This document shows, piece after piece, positions 26,142-38,192 of a DNA stretch of 64,000 nucleotides. Numbering within the stretch: position 1 is the first letter of the stretch; every line of letters starts with the position of its first letter. The notes beneath the pieces are model-generated. The model saw only the letters and a program-made list of their open reading frames with translations, was not told where the DNA came from and searched no databases. The translations under genes were made by a program, and so were the position numbers. This stretch comes from Penicillus capitatus (lineage: Eukaryota; Plantae; Chlorophyta), in the NCBI GenBank assembly GCA_965649825.1, contig OZ287712.1, forward strand, positions 186,001 to 250,000, given 5' to 3'.

Positions 26142-27670
26142 ATGGAACGACTGCTGACGACATTCCCAGACGTCATCCGTGAAGGAATTGGGCGCTTCCT
26201 GGGTTGGGAGGTCAGCATCGCAGACGTACAAGGGCAGATCCATTCCGTCCCGACCAGGGTCCCATACACATTCTCAGCGGAGACAGCGGCATGCAAGAAA
26301 GAGATCGACCAACTGATAGAAGCGGGGATTGTACGAAGATTCCATGGGAAGCCAAAACATGTGATCCCGTGGTTTTCAGTTGCGAAGAAAGACTCACTTG
26401 AGCGACGAGTGGTGCTCGACTTCAGGGGACTTAATACACTCACTACACGAAGACCTGCCCTACCTATGCATCGAGAAGGGGCAATCCAAGGTTTATCTGG
26501 GATGACAACATACGCAAAGTTGGACTTCAGGCATGGATTCTACCAAATCCCTTTGGCGGAAGATTTGCAGCCTTACTTCGTGACGGCCTTTGACAAACAG
26601 CCCTATGCCTTCACGAGACTACCAATGGGCTGGGTAAATTCAATGGCTTTTTTTGAGCAGGCCGTGCAGACAACAATTGCCGAAGTACGAGACGAGTTGA
26701 AAAGAAGAGGGATTCAGGCAGCAATCGAGAGCTATGCTGACGATGTCTGCGTCGGCGCAAAGACGAACCAAGATCTGGCAGCCGCCGTGGAACAACTTCT
26801 AACGGCCTACAGGAGACATGGCTGGACAGCTTCGCCAAAGAAATGCAAATTTGGGATCCCAGAGATCGAGTTTTTAGGCTACCGCTTCACCCAAGAAGGG
26901 GTACTCCCACCAAAGGGAACGCTGCAACAGTTGCTTGCAGCATCGCCGCCACAGACCAAGACAGACGTCCGATCCTTTCTTGGGCTTCTCCGCACAATAC
27001 TCAGCTACTGCAGAAGTGACATCCAAAGTTTGGCCGCCCTTCAGAAGCTGTCTCAAGCCGGATCAGAAGACATACGACAATACTGGAAAGAAGACCCATC
27101 CAGATGGAAAAAAATTATTCACTCCCTCGAACACGTATGGTACAATCGACCAGACGCATCCGGGCATGCTGTAGATCTCTACGTGGACGCAAGCAGAGAC
27201 GGATTCGGATATGCCTTATTTGACAAGACAACGAAGAAGCTGATAAGGATGGGGGCAGGTGGCTTCCAGCGAGATAAGTTCCAATCAAGTGGCAAGGCAG
27301 AATTGCTTGGCATGGAAAGGTCCATCAAAGAAGTCAGGCATCTAATCTTGGGGAAACAGCTGACGATATTCACGGATGCCACGGTGGTCAAACAGGCAAG
27401 TGGCGCCAAGGATCAGAGCTTCCTTGTACAGCGACACCTGGATGCACTCAATTTGACCGCAGGACGTGTCAAACATGTAGACGGGGTGGCTAACGTGATT
27501 GCTGACCTCCTCAGCCGCAGTCCCTGGTGGAGAGCAACGCTAGAACGAAAGAGGCCGATCATCGCAGCCCTTCAAGACACGACTAACTCTAGTCAATGGC
27601 CAGACTGGTACACACAGATGACTGAGTACCTAAGTGCAGGACGATGCCCTGAAGACACTACGCCACAGCG
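26142..27670 (+). CDS. pol: Retrotransposon reverse transcriptase-RNase H
   Basis: Motifs LDFRGLN, KLDFRHGFYQI, RLPMG, YADD, KKCKF and FLGY; RNase H LYVDASRDG, ELLG, FTD and NVIADLLSR. The ORF runs on out of frame to 27938 past the deletion junction. Confidence 0.95.
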
Positions 27671-28417
27671 AGCACCATTGTCAAGCTCCTGGAGCGCTGG
27701 GTGTCACTGTTTGGCAACCCCGACAGCCTGCAGACGGACAATGCACCTGCATTTGTCGGAAATCAGGTCTCAGCCTGGATGTCTGAACGCGGTATCAAAC
27801 GCCGCAGTATCCCAGCTTACCGTCCACAATGCAACGGCACGGTGGAACGCCTCAACCAAGAGGTCATCCGACGCCTACAGCGCCTCTCCACAGACGGCAA
27901 ATGGGCCCGGTTTCTTCCTCAAGTACAAGCACTTCTGAATGCTCATCCCAATGCCACCACTCATCTCAGTGCCGCGCAAACTGCATTTGGATATCAGCCT
28001 CGTCTACACTCTGCCCCGTCCACCTCCTCTTTGACACCAGCATCCACCGATCCTGCTCCAGCACAATCTCGAGACACCTTAGCTACTCGCTGGACTGCCA
28101 TCGACACACACATGGCACATCAGCAACAGCTCCGCACTACCAAGCCGTACCGAGACACCTCGTTTGAACCTGGACAATTAGTACTTTTGTTCAATCACCA
28201 ATTACATCAGACACATGGCAACAAACTGGCTCCTCAATGGCTGGGCCCCTACCGTATTCAGCAACGCTATTCTCCCCAATTGTATTATCTCACCTCTGAT
28301 TCTCGCTCCAAACCCTTCCTGACTCACCGAGATCACCTCAGAGCCTTCCATTCTCGGAGTCATGCGCAGGGAAGCGATTGTCAGGGTCAAGAACCTGAAG
28401 AACCGACGAAGCTGTAG
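27665..28417 (+). pseudogene. Truncated retroviral-type integrase (core C-half + GPY/F module)
   Basis: FGNPDSLQTDNAPAF...NGTVERLNQ has D(35)E spacing, and KLAPQWLGPYRI is present. The frame is closed by TGA at 27650, and the HHCC finger and first catalytic Asp are absent. Confidence 0.9.
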
Positions 28418-28581
28418 CATGACATGAGACATGACGCAATCATGACGTCATGTTAGCAGCAACATATAAAATGGGGGTATGATACGATCAATGTCTCTAA
28501 GAAAACAGCGTTCTTCTGTTTAAAACAACGCTTTCGCTTTCGCACACTTTATACGTCGGTAAACGCACTCCTTACACGACA
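28379..28581 (+). repeat. 3' LTR
   Basis: Matches the 5' LTR base for base by eye and is preceded by purine-rich agggaagcga. Confidence 0.96.
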
Positions 28582-29583
28582 GTAGGATCGTCTCTTGCAT
28601 GACGAAATCGGATGTCGGCCATGTGATGAATGAAGTGCTCGAGACGAACGATCATTCCACATCTCAATCGCAGAATTCGGATTACTGAACGGACAACGAT
28701 GACGATACAAACAAAGAGTCGTCATGTCATGTAGATGAGAGTGAAACGATAGATGTATGTTTGCATTGCTGTACGATGTGGTGTTATCATCGATTCGTTC
28801 TCTGTGTCGGAAGTGCCTTCTCCCGTTAGCGTCGTGGTCATCACTGAATGCGTTCAACCTGGAATGGCAGGATTGGATTGTTTGCGAGGACAGAACCGCG
28901 CTATTGAATGTGTATTTCGACAGCCATTTACAAATCGATTGCAGTCGGAGAGGATACATCGTGTACGTCAAATCAAAGATCGATTACATCTGGATGATGT
29001 ACATCGTTCACTGTTGTGACAAATGGACCTTTCATTTGTACGAAGAACAGTGATTCATTGAATCTACGTGAGACTTGCGAGATCTCGGGCTATGCTTTAA
29101 AACGAAGGAGCCGCAAAAGCCAGCTTACGTAGCAAAGACGATGTCATTCGCAAATACTATTGCACTTTTATGCAAATAAACCCTGCTGTCAAGACAAGGA
29201 GACTATCTTCAAACTCATCGTTTATTGCTGGGAGATAGATGATTGATGTGATACAAAACACTGGCGGTAAGAGGATGGTTCACAATCCTGCTCCATTTGT
29301 GTGCTTGCAATACATGTCCTTATAATCAGCGATCCGTCTAGTTAATACTCAGTAAGTTTATCCGGCCTTTCAAAGATCTTGACAGAAACCGGCACTTGGT
29401 AGTCGGCCAAGACTGCTAAAAAGATATTTCACATGGGAAGAGCTTCCAACACTGTACCAAAATGGATTCATGCAATAAACGATCCACTCAACTTCCGTTC
29501 ATTCGAGTGAAAAGAAAAAAGACACACCGCTGATCCAATGGAAAGAAAATAGCTGTCGCCCATCGAAGCTAATGTGGAGCGAT

Positions 29584-32500
29584 TTACACACTGGAAGAGG
29601 GACCTGGATTGCTAGGCGGATTGTAAGGTTCGCCAGTCCCTTTGCCACACAAGCGTCCAGTGCATTGCGTCACACGTGCAGAAAGAAAAGCCCTCAAGAC
29701 ACGGAAGGCGCTCCAGTCTTGGATATCTTCCATGCCTTGGTCTTCAAGGACAGCCTTCAGATAGACTTCCGCAGATTTGATGAAAGCATAGAACAGAACA
29801 AGAAAGAACCCGCAGATTGCCACAGACAAGAGAAGTGTGAGGAGAATCTTGACAGCATCAGAGGTGTGGTTGTCATTGAAAAACAAACCAGAGGCAAAGG
29901 TCAGTTGTGAAACAACCAAAGACGCCGTCTCGAATGCGTTCAGAAAAGTATAAGGCCCGTCGAAGGGCTGACAGCTAACATGGACATAGATTGCGAATGC
30001 CAGCACACAGACAGCGAGGATCCCTTGGATGTTGGTTCCTAAGGGATATGAAAAGGCCACCACGACAGTCAGAACAGCCTTTCTGAGCATCACTATGGAT
30101 TCCCAGAAAATGAAACGCTTTTTATAGGCGCGGTACAGAAATCCGGTGGCATCAGAGAGCCAGGGATTCTGACCGGGCTCCTGGGAGCGTTGTCTGATTA
30201 GGACGTACACCAGAAAGACAGGTAATCCAAAAGAAAAGATGACGAGGACAGGCCAACCCGCAGTTGCGGCGAGCACAGCATGAGATCCTTCATAGCATTT
30301 CAGGGAGGTATCCAGTGCCCAGTACTTGGCAGTATGATCATCATTGTCAACGGAGTCGTGGACCATGATGCAGTGAAGCGTGTTGACGGCTGTCTTGGTA
30401 ATGGACACGTAGGTAAGGTAAGCAACGGCCAGGAAACTGAGTAGTGCTCTCTTCGCGAAGTACCAGGTGTTCTCTTTTTGGTTCCGCGTCAAGAAGATCC
30501 AGAAAAATACGTAGAACAGAAATATACCTGAAGGGATGAGAAGGTGGATGATGGAACGCATGACGGATCTGGGTGGATTGTTGTGCAGATCAAACAGGCA
30601 GTCGACAGAGAGTGCGATCCCTGCAGTGGCAGCTCCGCTCATAAAGTCTATAAAACATCGGAGACTGTCGATAGGAGATTCTCAAGAGCAGACGACAGAA
30701 CAGAACCTGCTGTGAAGAGCAATGAACGCATCCAACTGGTCCAGTTCAGGTTGATGATTGCAGCTGTAGCGATCGCCTGGAGGAAATTGATGCCGATCTA
30801 CGACACAGCACGGTCTTAATATTGAAAAGGATGAAAAGGATTCTGCCTTGAAAACTTCGACGAGGATGAGCTTTGCAATGATTGGATCGGAGCTTGGTGC
30901 ATCATTGCTCGATACGGAATCAGGTTGATCTGGGAGAGGATCTTCCGGCGTTATCTCTTCTGTGTGCGTCGTTTCTACCAGTTCAAAGTGGCCTGGAATG
31001 TTGGTCGAGATTCTTTTCTTCGACGGAAAAGGCCGACGATTTTTTCGACTGACTCGATCAGTTGGATTAGGATTCGTTCGGCTTCGATTCACCACCAGCA
31101 TCCTTGTATCCAAGTTGCTTCGGATGGCGAAGCTGGAGAGAAGGAGCAACACAAGGATGGAAGCCACAAGAAGCATCGCCGTTTTAGAATCACGGTGGCA
31201 CTCATCGCATTCAAAGGACCAAGAGCGTCCATAGCCAGAATCACAGGCGCCACAAAGGAAACCAGTGTAACCCTAATAAGGCAGAATGATTGGCAATTGT
31301 CATCGCTAAGAGTAGCCTCACTTTTTTGCACTGAGCCGCGGAGTAGTCTCTGTCTAACGCCTCTTCGATCTCGCAGGTTTCCATTTCACTCGTCAAGTCG
31401 TTCAAAGCATCTTCTCGGCCATTGAAGTCACACGCCTTTCTCGAAACACACTGCTGGACGTGACGTGAACAGGGGGTTCGATGCCAATAGCCCCTGTTTG
31501 GGTGGATGACATCCGTGGTGCAGTTGCCGTTGTCTGGACATGGCAGGCACATAGATGCATCCGGGTCAAAGTTGTACTGCGACCCACTACAGCGGACACA
31601 GAGAGCCCCATCTTCCTGAACAGACTCCCCCAGCTGACACTCTCTGACTTCGACTTCGACGGAGAGCGGCTCCAGACCGGGTTCGCTGAAGTTCATTCGG
31701 ATCTCGTATCGGCCTGGACGCTGGAAACCGGAGATCGGCGGGAAGCTCTTCCGCTTCTCATTCACCTGCGTGTTGAACTCTCCAGAGAACAGACCGTCCG
31801 GAGAGTACATCGTTGCCTGGACAAATGCATCCCCTTCTCCGATGGCAGGACTCTGTCCGTACCCGTCCATGACCTCGACAAGAAGCATCGGAAGAGAGTC
31901 TCCGCTTCGATGGTTCCCAGAAACGAGTTCGTTGTTCTCGACGGGCCTTTCACTGTCGTCTTGACCATTGCCGATCGCAAATCCGCTGACGGATCTCGCA
32001 TACGAGGCAATGACTGGACCGTACAGATCAGCCTGGTTGGTCGTCCAGTCCGGGCACACATCCTTGATCGATTTCAGCAGATCCAATTCTTCTAGAGCGT
32101 CCGCCTGGTACACGTCAGGAGGCGTTTCTGTGTCTTTTGGCCGGCAGGAGTAACGAAGGACGTTCGGATCCTGTGTGAAGATGGCACCTCCGGATGTCTT
32201 CGCCTGATTGTTTGAGAACGTGTTGCCGGTCACTGCCACCAAGGTGCAAGAAGCATCTGATCTCGTGCAGTCTTGTTGATGGAGCTGAGTGGAAACATGC
32301 ACCGCACCTATGGCACACTCATAAGAGTTGCTCTGCTTTCAAACTATGAAGACACCTCCAAGATCGGCACTGTTGTCATTGAATGTGCAGTCATTCAGCT
32401 GCAGTGCCAGAGACTGGGGCTCGGAGGAGTCAAAAGCAATCGCTCCTCCATGTCCTTCTGCTTCGTTGTCACTGAAGGTGCATCGCGAGCACAGGAAGGT

Positions 32501-35500
32501 TGAAGGCGTATCTGCCAGAACGGCCCCACCACTTGCCATGGCCTCACACTCAGTGATCTTGAGTCCATTAGCTCTGAGACTTGACTTAGTGAGCCAAATA
32601 CCTCCGCCACGCATCGCTTTAGAGCTCGACAACAAGGTGTTTAAGATAATCGCCGAACTGTTCGGATTCAATAGGATTGATCCCCCGAAAAGAGCAGCCG
32701 TGTCATCTGTAAAAGAAGATTCTGTCAATTGCAATTTCGAGCGATACGCAGCGATGGATCCTCCAACACCTGCCTGGTTTTCTTGAAAGCGAGTCATGTT
32801 TGCATTCATCTCAGAATTCGCCAGAAAAACAACACCTCCAGCCGAAGTTGCTGCATTGTTCTTGACGGTAGACTCATGTAAGAACAACTGTGATCGTTCG
32901 TCAATGAAAAGGCAACCTCCGTTATCAGATCTGTTGTCGCGGAGAGAACACTTCGTCACGTTAACAATGCTCGATGCTGTACTGTGCAGGAATCCTCCTT
33001 CAACTGCTGCTTCATTGTCTACGACCGTTCCACCAATAACATACAGTTCCCCTTCAACGAGGAGAACGCCACCAGCATATCTCTGAGCACGATTGGACGA
33101 CATCCTGGAGTTCTCGAGAACAACTGAACCATTACTGGAAATACCGATTCCTCCGCCATTCGTGGAGGCGTTGTTGGAATCGACGATGCAAGCCAGCAAG
33201 TGCGCTACTGTCCTGCTTTGAACATCCAGACCACCACTGTTTGGAGCCGAATTGGAGCGCAAGACAGAATTGGACAGATTGAAGAGAGTTCTGCTTGAGC
33301 AACTAATTCCTCCTCCTCCTTCGTCGGCAGTGTTGCTGCGAACGATCAGATCGCTGCCAGTCACATCGCAGTTGACCAAATCGAAGCCGCCTCCATCACT
33401 GATAGCACGGTTGGACAAAAACAGAGAGTCCAGTATCGTGATCTCGCTCTGATCGCACGCAAAGCCACCTCCGTTTTCCGCATCAGCTATGTTTTCGGTA
33501 AAGTTCACGTTGAGGAGTGAAGTGGAAGCACGTGTAACATGCATTCCACCGCCCAAGCCGGCAGTATTCTGTGATACGAAGCAGTTCTTCAGGCTGATCG
33601 TTGCATCCCGAGCATCCACGCCTCCCCCAGAGATTTCTGCGCTGTTCCCAACGAAACTATCATTATCCACATCTGCCTCTGCATCCTCGACCATCAAGCC
33701 AGCACCTTCATTGGCCTCGTTTCCTGTATAGCTGCATCTGACAGACTCGACGCTGGAGTTCTTGACTGAAAGTCCCCCTCCTTTCACTTGAGCTGAGTTC
33801 GCTGACCATGTCACTTCTTCCAGACGAGCGTTGCTTTCCTCGCGGATCTCTGCTCCGCCACCGTCGAGAGTTGCACTGTTGTTAGAGAAGACGCATCGGC
33901 GAACGAGCAGACCATCCAAGGAGCCGCAGTCGAGGCCTCCGCCCGTCCTGGCAGAATTGTTGTTCACTGTGCATCTGATGAGTTCAATCTGAGCAGATGC
34001 TGACAGGAAGATGCCTCCTCCCTTGTCATACGCAACATTCTCCTCGAAGGTTGTGTCCACGATCTTGCTCTCCGAAACGTCATCGAGGTGAATGGCACCG
34101 CCGCTGTCTGCACTGTTCTTCGACATAACGGATCCGCGGACAGCGAGATCTCTCGATGCAGTTGTCTGCAGACAACCACCGTCTCTAGCCGTGCTGTTGC
34201 TGCAGTCCAGTGCAGATATCCTCGACGAGCTGCTCTCCGTCAGGAGAATGGACCCTCCTCTTCCCGATGCATTGTTGTTGCGGAAGATGGAGGAGATCAG
34301 CTCCAGGATGCCATTAGAGACAAGGAGAGCGCCTGCGTCCGTTGTAGCCGCGTTGTCTTGGAAGGAGCAGCCGTCGATCGTCAGATTTCCGTCGAAGGAG
34401 GCAATGGCGGCTCCGTTCTCTGCGGCATTGGACGTGAAGCTGGAGTTGGAGACTGAGAGGTTCTGTGTGAAATTCGACAGGATGGCAGCTCCAGAGAACA
34501 CGGCGGAGTTCTCGCGGAATGAACTGTCGACGACAGTGGCTGCTTGAACGCGGTCTAGTAGGAGAGCGGACTCTGTGGAGGTTCGGATATCGGCATTCCT
34601 CATGTCCAGGCTGCCTTCCACAACGCGGATTACGGAGAGCCCGTTTGAGCTTGCGGTCAGATCTTTTACTGATAACGATGAACCTGGCGGAGACGACATC
34701 AATGATAACGTCGGGACTTCTTCTGATAATCTTGTGTTCCTCCGAAGCCGAAGTCCTCTCAGATCGTTCTCCAGTGCCAGTCCGGCAAAGCACTGATTGC
34801 CGCAGGTATTGTTTGTGAACGCGACATCGATCATCTCCACAAAAGAGCACGACGAGTTGGAAGCAGAGAGGCCACTGGCTCCATTGAGAGAATTGCGCCT
34901 GAACGCCACGTGATGCAAAGAGATCTTCCCCAGAGGACTCTCCTGGAGACAGCTGTCAACCTGGATAATGGATGTGCCTTCTGTGTCCAACGTACAGCCC
35001 CGAAAGACTACGTTGGCGAGGAGCACATTGTGAGACCTGCGCAGTCATAACAGTCAGTCGCTTTGCTGGATTGGAAATTGATGTGGCTGGATCTACCTTA
35101 TGCGAAAGACTCCATCGTCTGACGGACATCTAAATCGAACTTTTCTCTCGGCTTTTGGAAAGATGCCATCGATAGGATCTGTTGATGAGACGTTGGAGCT
35201 CAGAGTGAGATTCCACGGCACAACAATTCGAGCAGGCATTCGTATCTCGTCTTCGACATTCAGTAGGATGACATCGTTCTCTCTGGTGCAGTTGACAACG
35301 ACACCGAGGTCGTCCGCTACGCCTTCCAGTGCCCTCGAGTCAATCAGCCACGTCCTACTCTCTTCGTCCAGAATGTCAGATATCTCCTGTCGCGTCAGCT
35401 GACACTCCGTATCTGATTACATCATACACAGCTTTAGTGGGATCAAGGTGCCGGTCGTATCACCTTCAGCAGCAGCAGCACGGGATCCTCTTTGCAACAA

Positions 35501-36010
35501 ATCGCGGATAGTCGAAGGGTCCTGAGAACAAATATGTTCTCTGTTGTCCTCCGAGTGATGACGAAGGGACATTAGATACCTGAGCAGTTGTATCTGCACC
35601 GGTCACCTCTTGCGTCCGTTCTTGAAGGCGTTCTCCGAGAACCTCTGGCATAACGCGCACATAATTAGCATCAATTGAAGCACTGAGCGAGAATGCGTTG
35701 GAGGGTAAATGTAAAGTGACGACAACGACAATTGGTCAACGAACACAGTTTTCCTGGGCGAGCGGCGCTTAGCGGACTCACTTGCCGAAATATGAGGCTC
35801 TGCGATGGTGACCTGGATTCTTTCCTTTTTCGCTGCGGCTTTCGCGAATGTCAGTAGCATAAAGCAAAGGAGTGCTGCCGTAGGACACCCGTATGCTTTG
35901 AAAGCGAAAGACATATTCCTCTTTCTGTCCCTACGGCCGTCACGTCTGGCTTTGTGCGTAAGATAACTGTATCCGTCAGATGTTCTTTTCTGCTTTCTGG
36001 CTCCGTCCAT
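29584..36010 (-). CDS. Large polytopic surface protein, copy 1: signal/anchor + pectin-lyase-like (Pmp GGA/FxxN) beta-helix + Cys-rich stalk + ~8-9 TM domain (~1,950 aa, ~9 exons)
   Basis: The 895-codon exon has repeated FxxN.A..GGAI motifs. CQLGE...CVRC...CLPCP..GNC...GYW...C and GY.G.LCGAC...YG follow, then hydrophobic helices with CYEGSH, GFLYRAY and FWESIVMLRK. All junctions close in frame. Confidence 0.88.
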
Positions 36011-37392
36011 TTAAGTCAACGTGTCTTTTTCGCCAAGAAAATCTAAACTGAACAATTTATACGACTGCGAAACGAACTCCAGCGCTTAAGTAGTCAGTTC
36101 AGATGAAGCTACAGGTCAGTGAACGACGAACTCGAATTGCAACGAAGTTGACAAGTAGTGTCCAGTGAATTAGCCGAGAACGTAACACCTGTCTATCTGT
36201 GTTTGGCTTTGACCGTCAGAATCTCCATCCACGCGTCGAAAACTCTCCTTGCCGTCGAGTCTACAATACTATGACGGAATTTCCTATGCTAACGGACAAT
36301 TGTCTTAACAAAAGCCGACCAGGCGTTGCAGAGGCATCCTGTTTTTCTATGCTCGTCGTCGAGTACTACGGATACCATACCTGTGTTCTGCTCGCTGTTT
36401 ATGTTTACTCGTCTGCAGAACGCTAGATGAAGGACGTTGCAAAGTGGCCTGCATGGAAACAGACTCCGTACATTTGCCGTCGAAGGTGTTGCGTCGCCGT
36501 ACGATAGGCGCGTTTGCCCGTCCAACTGTGTCGCTATGGAAGTGATCGCTAGGCGAGCAAAAAACGAATAGCTCTTCATTCGAAGAAACACAGAGTGTGA
36601 AACAGACAGACAGCCAGAACACGAAGGAACGGCTGTCTGCTTTGCAGACGACATGGTCCGCGTCGCTGCCGACCCTTCGGCGAAAGAGTTACGCAAGGCA
36701 CCACTTGAATCGCCGTCTACCTCGCTCCCGTTTGTTTGTTCATCGTCATATTGTTCTCGGGACACTGGCCAACGTCGTCGATACAGAATCTCTTCTGTGA
36801 TCATGCTCGTTACAAGTCAGAAGTGTTGGCTCGAAAAGTCAAGAACAAAAATGGGATGCCACCTGTCAGTGTTATCTGTGCAGCTGAGTAACGACCATCG
36901 GTTTTGAGCAGCATCTTGGTTGTTCAGACACGTTCCATTTAGCTGCGACTTCTGTGGTGCTTTCTTCCATCTATCACAAACAGGAAGATGAATAAAGCAT
37001 AGACAAGAGAACAACTGCATGCAGCATCACTGTGAGAAGTCTGTTCATATCTCTCTTTCCCTTGTGCCGAGCGCGGTGGAGTGACCGTGTCCGATGGTTA
37101 AGTTAAAACTCCTGTCCAGCGAAGACTCGGTCGTTTGCGTTTTCGATGGACGGTAAAACTAGGCTGCTAGAGTACGCGTAACGCTGTGCTGGATACTGAG
37201 TGACGAGCCGGCCGATTGCCTCGGGTCAAGTGTCAAAGGTTGCATCCGACCACGCTCGTTATAAGAGAAGGTCTAGAACACTATCCACAGCATCGACGCT
37301 CTCTGGAGCATGATACCGACGACAGGATCGACGCGTATAACAGAACAGCAGCTCGAAACGTACAATTTGGCGAATGGCATCGCATATCGCAT

Positions 37393-37561
37393 GTCACGTC
37401 ATCCACCACGTGGTCCTCATGCGATCTGCAGGCTCAGCAGACATGCAGCTGTCTGTCAGCGATACAACAAACAAACAGCGCTGCGAACTTCACAACATGC
37501 ATAACGCCATGCGGAAACCGTGAAGATGTTGTGAACTGCTCGGGTATATAAGCGACGCAAA
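37393..37561 (+). promoter_or_regulatory. Conserved promoter of secreted repeat-protein gene 1 (G-box CACGTG, 10-bp inverted repeat, TATATAA 37545)
   Basis: Only about 2 mismatches to 57250-57418 over ~169 bp. The TATA box is ~100 nt upstream of the ATG. Confidence 0.75.
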
Positions 37562-37649
37562 AGCACTCCCCCTCGTAAAGTGTTATTCTGTGAAACGAAC
37601 GGCGAAGTCGATTCGTAAGAACTGTCCCTTCGCCGAGTTGACCTTAGTC

Positions 37650-38192
37650 ATGAAACGCTGTATCCTTTGCCTTGTGAGTCCCGCCAACGTCACATCTATC
37701 AAGCTCTTTACCTGACTAACGGCATGGTGTCTGTTACAGACCATCGTTGTGTGTTCTGCTGCATGCAACGGTAACCTTTGCAAACGAAATGTGTACTAGA
37801 GTGGAAGTGGATGTGTTATCACAGCGTCGCGAGTTGGAATGGGAAGGGCCATGGGAAGAGCACTGGACGCCAAAATCGATGGGAGGCACTTATTGCAAAG
37901 CCCCAGCGAATCGCAAATCGTTCCGCCTTCGTCTATCTCCGCCAGCCCTGAAGTTACCGCGACTGTTGACGTTACCGCGGCTGCTAGCGGCGGCAGCGTT
38001 ACCGCGACTGCCGACGTTACTGCGGCTGCTAGCGGTGGCAGCGTTGTCGCGACGGCCAACGCTACCGCAACTGGCGCAAACGCAAACGCTACTGCGACTG
38101 TTGGCGGCACTGTCACGACACGTCCTGATGATTCCGTTCTCAAGTCCGTCGATTGTCGAGATAGATGTGAGTTACGTTCCATTACGAACTGA
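37650..38192 (+). CDS. Small secreted Ala/Thr/Ser-rich repeat protein, copy 1 (140 aa, 3 exons)
   Basis: Exons 37650-37673, 37740-37770 and 37825-38192 give the signal peptide MKRCILCLTIVVCSAACNA, then GRHLLQ, (T)A(T)xDVTAAASGGSV repeats and VDCRDRC. Donors GTGAGT/GTAACC and branch CTGACTAAC are present. Confidence 0.82.

Larger units (their letters stand above)
24066..28581 (+). mobile_element. Ty3/gypsy LTR retrotransposon (4516 bp), internally deleted
   Basis: 203-bp TGT...ACA LTRs at 24066-24268 and 28379-28581 appear identical. The 4-bp TSD GTAG lies at 24062-24065 and 28582-28585. Domain order is gag-PR-RT-RH-INT. Confidence 0.97.

Noticed and set aside
35466-35660. ORF ending RIPCCCC-TGA (possible Cys/Sec tail), also at 55.3 kb
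   Set aside because: Read-through of a GT-AG intron in the wrong frame. The spliced frame reads GSRAAAAE and continues in phase.
36199-36907. ORFs in the spacer between the receptor-like and secreted genes (for example 36289-36804)
   Set aside because: Reading frames are not conserved in the homologous unit-2 spacer (56.1-56.7 kb).
37960-38110. Repeat arrays considered as CRISPR-like
   Set aside because: No unique spacers. They are in-frame coding minisatellites in a eukaryotic gene, and no cas genes are present.
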